A DNA stretch of 63,839 nt, counting the filler, from Conidiobolus incongruus B7586 (taxonomy: Eukaryota): assembly GCA_000697335.1 (NCBI GenBank). It is 8 parts of 8 records of this genome, joined end to end, with 100 filler letters (N's around TTAATTAATTAA, not from the genome) between each part and the next. Parts side by side here need not be neighbours in the genome. Positions count along the whole stretch, not along the records: positions 48,031 to 57,899 come from JNEM01006929.1; positions 58,000 to 59,240 come from JNEM01006930.1; positions 59,341 to 61,253 come from JNEM01006931.1; positions 61,354 to 62,720 come from JNEM01006933.1; positions 62,821 to 63,839 come from JNEM01006937.1; 3 more parts are not named here. One strand, given 5' to 3'. The notes under the pieces were generated by a model. That model was not told the DNA's origin. It saw only the letters and a list, made by a program, of their open reading frames with translations, and made no database searches. This document shows, piece after piece, positions 52,964 to 63,839 of the stretch. Made by a program: the position numbers and the translations under genes. The number at the start of each line of letters is the position of its first letter. The first letter of the stretch is position 1.

Positions 52964-54711
52964 ATGGTAAATACTAAATGAAAAATAAAAATTATCAGCT
53001 ATATTGAGCTATTTATTAGGGTCAAGAAAATTCTAAATCGTCTATTTCGAGGCATAAGAAAAACTTTTCTACCTCTGTCATTCACCCTCACTACAATATG
53101 GACCGTAATCACCTTTCTGTTCCTACAGCCACAAAGGGTAGACCTCTACACTATACTTCGGAACAAACTAAGCCGATTAATATGGGACGAATTCATAATT
53201 CTCTCGAATTGAATGACACTTCAATCCTTTCAACTTCCGCACCCACTTTCAAACCATTAACACTATCAGATTCCTTTCCCGAAGAAGAAGTATCTGAAAA
53301 GGAAGGTGAAACTTTTCCTGAAATCAAAGGTGAAGTACCTTTAATTTTAACTAATATTGAAACCAGTCCGACATTTTGGACTCCGGAATACAAGTTTAAG
53401 GATTATAGGAATTCAACACCAGTTTGTGTAAATAATTTTTTATAATAATACTTATATTTATTAATTATCAATTTATTTTATTTATAGCCTACAAATCAAA
53501 TTATTACAGTGAATCATAATCAAAAAAAGAAAGAAACCGACCCGATATTACAAAAGCTCAACCAAATACCTAAAGTAAATAACTTAATTATTTTCTTCAA
53601 TAATTTGAAATTAAATAGTTATAGTTTCAGCCATTTGTCCAGACAACTTCCCATTCTTTTCCTTTTCAAGGCTTTTGGTCCAAGCAACCCACACATACTA
53701 ATCAATTTAATTTTTCAAGTAACTCGAGTAATATATTACCAATTAATATATTTATTAATATCAATTTGAAATCAATTAGATATTGCTTTGGATTCTACTT
53801 TTTTAATATGTTCAACTTATCAAAATTATATTAAAAATAGAGTAAATTTGATTTGTGAAGAGCAGGTAATTTTCTTATTCAAATAAAATCTTATATTTTA
53901 TTTATATATTTTTCAGAGAAGATTACAATCAGAAATTAAAAATGTTGATCAATGGACGAATCAAGTGTTTAGTCGAAACTTGACTAATTTAAATGTTATT
54001 AAACATACAAGCGAACAAGTTGAAATAGGTAAAATATTTAGTATTTTTATTTTGAACATTTTATTAATTATAGATATAGTGAATCAACTCAAAAAGGAAA
54101 TTGAATCAACTCATCAGCTTATCAGGAATATTTTCAAATCAATTGAAAAATTAAATTCTCATCTCAGTCCAACTGAAAGAATTGGTTACCTCAAATTTGA
54201 ATATAAAGATCACTTCTTCAATTTACATCAAAGCTACAGAACATTTATGCTAAAAGGCAATCCACCTCAATTCTCACAGAAATTAAATAAGCATCAATTA
54301 TATAAGAGAAGTAATTCCACAACGGTTAGTTATAGTGTAGCCGAAGTAGAGAGTTTCAGATCCTTCAGTAGGACAGAATTGAATGACTTGACAATTGATG
54401 AAGAATTTAATCAATATTATCGTCCATCTTCATCCATGTCAAAACACTCAATAGAAGGAACTAATTCTGCGATTCATTTACTTCAAAATATTGCTCATAA
54501 TCGTCAACCAAGTGCCCAGGGCTACAAAGGTTATTCGCCCAGCCTCCGCGCCAGCTCCCCTTGTAGCATACGAGTGAATAATCGCTATTCCCCGCCAAGC
54601 ACACCAGCAAATTCACTACCTTCACCTAGCATTCATCATCTAATTAATCTGACTCTTACTAATTCACCACCTCATCCGCCTACCACCCTCCTCAGTAAAA
54701 CTAATGAATGA
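52964..54711 (+). CDS. BORCS5: BORC subunit 5 (myrlysin/LOH12CR1)-like protein, 7 exons
   Basis: Exons 52964-52966, 53020-53427, 53488-53574, 53625-53718, 53780-53865, 53917-54028, 54074-54711, all in phase. MGQENS myristoylation motif; DPILQKLNQIPKFQP, ICSTYQNYI...EEQRRLQSEIKNVD, IEKLNSHLSPTERI. Confidence 0.75.
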
Positions 54712-55055
54712 TTATATCATATTTATTTTCAATGAGAATGATCAAGAAAGTGGAATTAAAATCGCTGCACGTTCTTCAAGTTATCACTTTTATTAATGTA
54801 ATATCTATTGTAAAATATATTAATTTCATGTAATATGAATAAAACTAAGATCAATTCACAAAACCTCAAATCCGCCAAAATTTCCCATTAATTTCAATCA
54901 CATTTACCCTTTTTTATTTATCTGAATTAACAAAACCACAATTTCAACAATTCTAAAAAAAGAGATTTAAATCATCATTCGAGATTTTTTTGATTAAAGA
55001 TTTTTAAAAGAATCAATTATTAATTTAATCATTATATTAAATTAATTCACATACC

Positions 55056-56312
<1,257 letters not shown>

Positions 56313-56614
56313 ACTATCATTTGTAACTGATGATATTATAATAATAGACTAGCAGACAGCATATTATTTAATTAATATTTAGAATAGTTTCAATTGTTTT
56401 TTATTGTCTATATAACTTTATTTATAAATATTATATAATTTATCATACATATAGATATTTAGAATATTATTGAACTTAGTTTATTCACTAATTTGGGCAT
56501 CACTATATCATTTTTACTCATTCAAAGTTCATTTTCAAGCATATTTAATTATAATTTAATTAAATTTAATAAATATAAAATTTATTAAATTTTCAGATGA
56601 TCTTTGTATTAATA

Positions 56615-57899
56615 TTACTCTGCATTTTTAATAATGGGAATTTTTTGCAATTAAAAATAAATAAACATTTGAATATATGATATATAAAAATAAATATATA
56701 ATATAAATTTAATAGTTTCTTTTATTATTAATAACTTTTTGCTATATTTTTAACAAACTTCTAACACTTAAAAAACAATTCTTTTTATTAAAAACTGAAA
56801 TTTGATGTTTCACAAACCAATTAAATTTTCCTGCAGAAATTTTCTTTCCTGCAAGCTGGTTTTTTAATTACCTAAAGCAATTATAATCACATAGGTTATA
56901 ATCAAAGGAATATACTAGATATAATAATTTTTTCCAGTTATTTTTAATTAGAAAGTTTTTTACAACTTTAGATTTATGTATTTTATAATTATCATGTAAA
57001 ATAATAGGTTTTCTCAAATTATATTGAAAACACCAATTAAAAATACTTTTATTTAAAAAAATAATATATAGTTTATTATTAATTGATTTTCCTTCAGGAA
57101 CTAAATAAAAATAATATATACTATTATAATCTATTATAATAATTAACATTTACTTATTAACAAAATGTTTATTTAAAGGGATTTGTAGAAAGGGTTAATT
57201 TAACTTAATCTAGCATTTTGATTTGTGTTTTAGTAAAAGATTATATATAAAGATTTAAGATTCATTAATTATAATTATTCATTGTAAAAGTTTAAGCTTC
57301 TAGTAATATTTTAATAAGTTTTGTTTAACAATAACTACTCTAGCTTTTTTTAAGCTTTAGTTAAATTATAAAATATCTATTTTATATTTTTATTTATTAA
57401 TTTTAGTTTAAACTTTAAAATATATAAAATACTTATAAAACTAATATTAAAGTACTTAGATAATTCTCTAACTAAAATAAAAAAGTACTTTTTAATATAT
57501 TTCTTTATTTTATTTACAATTGAAAAAATAATAGTTAAAGTTAATTTTTTAAATTTTAACAGGTTTTAAATAATTTCTTTTTTAGTTTTAAAATAATTTA
57601 CCTAGCAATAAATTGTTAATTTAGATAATATTTTATTATTAAAAACTACTTGTTAATTTTAAATAATTTTAAAGGGTTTATAGTTAAGTTTTATTAATAC
57701 CAAAATAAAAAACTTTTGATGATTACTATTTAATTTAAACATAATTAAATTAAACAACTAATTTTAAAAAATTATTATATATATATTAAAAATATATAAT
57801 TTCTTATTAACTTTATATATATTTATTTATTTCAAACTAATAATATGTTTGAAAAATCAGAAATTAAAAAATTTCCCATTATTTTAAATTCAAGGTAAT
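56615..57899 (-). mobile_element. Full-length degenerate mariner (DD34D), second subfamily, about 1285 bp
   Basis: TIRs TTACTCTGCATTTTAATAATGGGAA / TTCCCATTATTTTAAATTCAAGGTAA. ORF 56868-57149 has LHDN...YSFDYNLCDY with 34 residues between the two Asp. Confidence 0.9.
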
Positions 57900-57999
57900 N
57901 NNNNNNNNNNNNNNNNNNNNNNNNNNNNNNNNNNNNNNNNNNNTTAATTAATTAANNNNNNNNNNNNNNNNNNNNNNNNNNNNNNNNNNNNNNNNNNNN

Positions 58000-58332
58000 T
58001 AGGCATAATGATACTAATAAAAAAAATTTAGTATATCTGTAAAATATTATATAAAATAATAGCAAAGAGAGAAAAAAGATATGGTTATATATTGTTAAAT
58101 ATATCCCCTTATCTCAAAAACCTGCAAATTTATGACTCACCTTGGTTAAATATTAAGGGTTAATATTTTTGCTAATAGTTTACTAAATATATCTAAATAT
58201 ATTTATCTATTATTAAATAATATACCTTAATTATATATTATAGTTTCAAGTAATCTAATATATACAATTGTTTTAGTTATTAATTAAAATATATATATTT
58301 TTGATTTTATGACTCATTTTTGCAGGTCAGTG
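58000..58332 (-). mobile_element. Tc1 terminal fragment (least mutated copy), truncated by a gap
   Basis: Nearly identical to 20103-20437; keeps the transposase ATG CCT (58006) and TIR ...ATGACTCATTTTTGCAGGTCAG TG|TA. Confidence 0.9.
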
Positions 58333-58899
58333 TAGTTAAAAATTATAATATTTTTTTTGGAAATATTTAATTTTAGAATTATTAAGATATATTATTATAT
58401 AATTATATTAAATATTTCTAATTAAGTTTAATATTATTCTAATAGTAATATATTAATATTAATTCAATCCAATAATATGATTTTTTTAATTATCAAATTT
58501 TTTATATATAGATAATATTTATATTAAAATAAAACATAATTTATAATATTAATTTTAACTTTTTTCTATCAATAATTTTATAATTGATTTTAATAATATT
58601 ATAGTATTATAATATTATAATATTGATTTTTATTAACTTATTTTTGAATATATTATTTATAATTTATATTTTTAATTTTAATATATATTATGTTTCAAAA
58701 ATAAGTCATAAAATAAAACATATTTATTTTTTTTTATTATTTTCTTTATTAATTTTTATTCTAATATTTATATAATATATTATGTTATTAATATACTATG
58801 TTATTAATATTTATTTTTTATTTGTAAAATCTTATATAGAGTTATATTAAATCAGTTATTATAATATATATTGAAGTTAAAAATATATTTAATATATGT

Positions 58900-59623
58900 T
58901 ATAAATTTGAAGGTTCTAATATTAATAAAAAATTTAATATCTAATATATCTATCTTTTGTTTTTTAGTTATTTTAAGTTTAAAAGAAATAGAGTTAATTA
59001 GCTCCTTATATTAAACAAGAATAATATTATTCCAAGCTTCTTAATTATATTGTTAAAGTTGATTTAAATATTATATTAGAGAAAAAACTTTAATTAGTAT
59101 TCTTAATTAATCTTAAAAATATTGAATTAAATAAAATTAAAAAATTAAAGGGGTTATTTTATAATAATTATTTTGCTATTTTTAAGTTATTTAATAATAG
59201 AAATTATGATATACCAAGGAGTATTATTTTATTAAAAAATNNNNNNNNNNNNNNNNNNNNNNNNNNNNNNNNNNNNNNNNNNNNTTAATTAATTAANNNN
59301 NNNNNNNNNNNNNNNNNNNNNNNNNNNNNNNNNNNNNNNNTATAGGTTAATTTATTTTTATGAAAAAATAATTTTTATATATGTGTATTTTTTTATTAGG
59401 AGATTTAATTATTATAGTATTTATTTTAAAATATCAGCTTAAATATTTTATAGTATATATAATATAATAAAAAAAAATTAGATATATAAAAGTTTTGTTT
59501 TTTATACCATATTTATTTATAAACCCATAAATTTATAACTTATCTTAGTTAAATTTTAGGTTTTGATATACCTATCAATAATTAATAAAATATAATTAAA
59601 TATAGTTAGATATAATTAACAAA
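58900..59623 (-). mobile_element. Related Tc1 subfamily copy spanning a gap, interrupted by the 59626 element
   Basis: 58950-59240 parallels 19100-19400; inner repeat AAATTTATAACTTATCTTAG at about 59529. Confidence 0.6.
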
Positions 59624-59625
59624 TA

Positions 59626-61195
59626 TAATAACTTATAGAAATAAGTTATAAAATCAAGAATTATATATATTTTAATTAATAATTAAAACAATTATATATA
59701 TTAAATTATCTGAAACTATAATATATAATTAAGGTATATTATTTGATAATAAATATATATATTTAAATATATTTAGTAAATTATTAGCAAAAATATTAGC
59801 CTTTAATATTTAACTAAGGTAAGTTATAAATTTTCAAATTTTTAAAATAAGGGGATATATTTAACAATATATAACCATATCTTTTTTCTCTTTTTGCTAT
59901 TATTTTATATAATATTTTACAAATATATTATATTATTTTATTAGTATCATTATACTTAAATCTCTCTCTAAAAAAATTCACTTATATATCTATTAATTTA
60001 AAAAAAGATAAATCAACTTATGATATTATTAGAACTACTAGTGTTAATTAGTTTACTATAGTTAAAATTATTGAAAATTATTATAATAACATATTTAAAC
60101 TGAAATTTAAATATTTTAAAATTATAGATAAATATAATTAGAGATATATTTATAGGTTAGTTAATATAAGCAAGTGTAATCCTATTATAAAATATAACAG
60201 GAATTATAAAACTATATCAAAGTACTAGTTAATATTAATACTATTATATATACTCTATATTAATATAGATATCACTAATATTTTAACAAAAAACACCCCT
60301 AACTGAAGAAATCACATTGTAAAACTAAGCAAGAATTTAAATGTCATTATTAATATTAAAAACTAAACTTAATTATAATATAGTTATTTAATATAATAAA
60401 ATAAAAATATATTTTAATAAATTTGATAAAATATTTAGATATTTTAAAAAGGATGCAAAATTACTTTATGACTATTATGTTAATTTTACCCAAAAGTACA
60501 ATAATAGGTTAATTATTATTTAAGAATATATATTATCTTTAGGTTTAAGATATCTTTATAAAGTTAATAATGGAATTAATACTGAGATATACTAAAATAT
60601 TCTTAACAATATATTGAAAAAAACTATTGAATAATATAGGTTATACAAATCTGATGTTATTTTCCAGTAAGATAATGCCTTTTATTATACTATAGCTTTT
60701 ACTACCAAATAGCTTAAAAATAACAAGTTAATAGTTATAAAATAGCCTCTATAATTTTCTAACCTTAATTTAATTGAATATTTTTGATATTAGTTAAAAA
60801 AAGCTATTAAAGTTTTTTTTCTAGCAAAAGATTTAAATTAATTTAAGAATATATTCAAGAAGTATAGAACAAGATTAACCTTTTTTAGTGTAAAAATTTA
60901 GTTGATTCTATACCACATAAACTTAAAAAAGTTAGAAAAGCTAAAGGTAGATACACTAGGTTTTAAAATTTTTTATCACCAAAAACTTACAAATTTATAA
61001 CTCACCCTAGGTAAAATTTAAAGGTTTATATTTTAACCAATTAATAGCTAAATATCATCATTTAAAAATATAAATAATTAATAAATATCATAGATTTTAA
61101 TTATTTAATTTAGGTTTATTTCATTAAATATTAATCAAGTTATTAGTAAAAATATAAGTATTTTTGATTTTATGACTTATTTTTGTAAATTAGTG
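59626..61195 (+). mobile_element. Full-length degenerate Tc1 (DD34E), 1570 bp; transposase relic 59952-60966
   Basis: Reverted translation: QKYGGGS...WGC, IFQQDNAPCH (D at 60671), WPPQSPDLNPIE (E at 60776; 34 residues between), KAKGGYTRF*. TA-flanked TIRs. Confidence 0.92.
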
Positions 61196-61353
61196 TATAT
61201 ATTTATTATAAATTATATAATTTATATATATTTATTATATATAATATTTTATANNNNNNNNNNNNNNNNNNNNNNNNNNNNNNNNNNNNNNNNNNNNTTA
61301 ATTAATTAANNNNNNNNNNNNNNNNNNNNNNNNNNNNNNNNNNNNNNNNNNNN

Positions 61354-61709
61354 ATAATCCAATTAACTATAAATTATATGATTAATTTATACTTATGTAG
61401 TTAAATTAATTGTATAAATAGTATTAAATTATCTAATAAACTAGGTTCCTCTTTTTCTCTCAATTCTTACTATTTTTTACTTTTACACTATTTCTAAGAT
61501 TGAGACTATATTCTGTTGATATTGTAGGATATTGGCACTACCTAATATAAATCTTAATATATCGGTGACTCATCCTAGTTCGAAGCTTAATTAAACTTTG
61601 TTTACACTTGCACGCTACAGCCACGTTATATTACCACGTTCTGCGCCACACTACTTTTATATTAAGTCTTCCTCTGCACTATATTAGTTTAACTACCACT
61701 ACGCTTACA
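61354..61709 (+). mobile_element. Gypsy-family LTR (3' or solo), least mutated copy, left end lost in a gap
   Basis: Ends CACTACGCTTACA; colinear with 42150-42504 and 39632-39980; not followed by the PBS/gag junction. Confidence 0.88.
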
Positions 61710-61899
61710 ATTTATATTTTCTTTAATCAATAGATGAAATAAATAATAAATTAAATTAAAATAATATCTATTATAATAATTTTAAATAAATAAATATAAT
61801 ATTGGTAATTAAATTCTGGTTATTATAAAAAACTATAATAATATAAAATCTTATTTAATTTTTATCTTTTAAATATATTATATATTTTGAAATAATTTT

Positions 61900-62720
61900 T
61901 TATTTATAAAATATATTGGGAAAAAATTTTTTTCAAACTATATATATATATATTTAGTTTTTATTATTTTTTTTATCAAAATATTTTTATTTTGAAATTT
62001 ATAATGTAATTTAATTATATTTCAACTAAATAGTGATTATCAAAAGGTTTTTATTTTTATATTTTTAAAATATTACCATAAATCCTTTAAAATCATTTAA
62101 GACTTGTAAATAACTTATAAAGATGGTGTTTTATCTATAACCACCATATATCACTAGATTTGTGATTTTAAAGTTATAAGGGATATTATTTAAAATTTGC
62201 CAAAATTTAAAAAATTAATCTTTATTATTATTTTTTCATTTATTAATAAAATAAAAAAATATATTAAGAAATAGCCTTTTATTTTGGTTAAAAAATTATC
62301 AAAGGAATTTAATATTGATTATATTAACATATTATATATATTTAAGTTTAAAATGAAATTAATTCATAAAAATACAAAATAAATATCTTAAAATTTAATA
62401 AAAGCCTAAAAGAAAATTATAGTATTTATAGCTAAATTAAATTTATTAAGATATAACCTAAAACAAGGGTTTTTATAATAAATATTTATAATGAATAAAT
62501 TTTAAATTCTTTTATATAGTCTTTTATTTAAAAATAAAATAAGATATTGGGTTAAGTTAAATTAATTCTTTTTATAAATTCCAATAAATAAATATTTTAA
62601 ATATAAGTAAATATTAATTATTATGATAGATTATAATGATATATGGTCTTTCTATTTAATATCTTAAGAAAAATTAATTAATAATAAATGATATATTATT
62701 TTTTTAAATAAAATATTTTC
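61900..62720 (+). mobile_element. Degenerate mariner, N-terminal part of the transposase, truncated by a gap
   Basis: Reverted translation: LS.TTVYRWI.DFK...DLPRSGRP, KNARWIPQNLTEAQK (WVPHEL equivalent), TMDESWI. Confidence 0.85.
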
Positions 62721-62820
62721 NNNNNNNNNNNNNNNNNNNNNNNNNNNNNNNNNNNNNNNNNNNNTTAATTAATTAANNNNNNNNNNNNNNNNNNNNNNNN
62801 NNNNNNNNNNNNNNNNNNNN

Positions 62821-63839
62821 TTTATAAGATAGTTAATATAAATAAATATAATATTATTATAGAAATATAAAAAAATTATAAAATTATATAAGAATATTAT
62901 TTAATATTAATACTATTATATATATTTTATATTATAATAAATATCATTTGTATTTTAAAAAAAAACACTTTTAATTAAAAGAGTCTTATTATAAAGTTAA
63001 ATAGGAGTTTAAATATCACCATTGAAGTTGAATTAAAGTTAATTAAAATAAAGTGATTTAGTTTAATAAATTAAAAATATATTTTAATAAATCTAATAAA
63101 AAAGCTAAAAATTTTAAAAAAGATTAAAAATTACTTGATAACCATTATATTATTTTAACTTAAAAATATAATTATAAGTTAATTATATTTTAATGATATA
63201 AATCATCTATTAATATTAAATATCTTTATAAAATTAATAATGGAATTAATATTATAATATAATAAAAAAATCTATACAATAAATTAAAAAAACTATTGAA
63301 TAATATAAGTTAAATAAACTAGATGTTATCTTTTAATAAGATAATATATTTTGTTATATTATTATTCCTATTACCAAATGATTTAAAAATAATAGAATAA
63401 TAGTTATTAAGTGGTTTTTTTGATCTTTTAATTTTAATCTAATTAAATATCTTTAAAATCAATTAAACAAAATAGTTAAAGCTTTCCTATTTATAAAAAA
63501 TTTAAATAAGTTTTAAAAATATATTTAAGTAACTTAAAACAAAATTAATCCTTTTTAATATAAAAAGTTAGTTAACTTTATACCTGATAAACTTAAGGAA
63601 GTTAAAAAAGCAAAAGATAGATATACTAAGTTTTAATTTTTTTCCATAACCAAAATATATAAATTTATAACTTATCTTGAGTAAAATTTAAATCTTAATC
63701 TATTAATTAGAAATTAATATAATTTGATTAAATATATTTAATTATAAATAAATAATATAAGTCTATTATATATTTTAATTTAAATTAATTTAATTAAGAA
63801 TTAACAGAGTTATTGATAATCATTTATATAGTCATAATT
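62821..63839 (+). mobile_element. Degenerate Tc1 copy (transposase C-terminal part and inner repeat), running off the window
   Basis: Parallels about 60150-61150; ends KAK(R)YTKF* at about 63635; inner repeat AAATTTATAACTTATCTTGAG at 63661. Confidence 0.8.

Overview
Very AT-rich eukaryotic scaffold with seven 100-nt assembly gaps. Gene content (P2C-type ATPase, myristoylated BORCS5, GT32 array, short GT-AG introns) points to a non-Dikarya fungus, probably Entomophthoromycotina/Conidiobolus-like; this is inference. Intact genes: Na+/K+-ATPase-like P-type ATPase, tRNA-Ala(UGC), a secreted Gly/Asp/Tyr-rich protein, an Fta4-like kinetochore protein, NXT1, DDB1, four tandem GT32 mannosyltransferases (one decaying), an MFS transporter (two homopolymer frameshifts), BORCS5 and HMT1/PRMT1. 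There are also GDSL-esterase and protein-kinase pseudogenes. Much of the apparent AT desert is fossil transposons invisible to the ORF track: DD34E Tc1 elements with IR/DR ends, DD34D mariner elements and a Ty3/Gypsy LTR retrotransposon, several nested. They become readable once T->C and A->G are mentally reverted. Where copies were aligned by hand they differ by C->T/G->A transitions, mostly at CpG and CpA/TpG, while host genes and a short LTR-like element keep their CpGs. The main finding is a RIP-like, repeat-targeted hypermutation signature in what appears to be an early-diverging fungus. All alignments and counts were done by hand.
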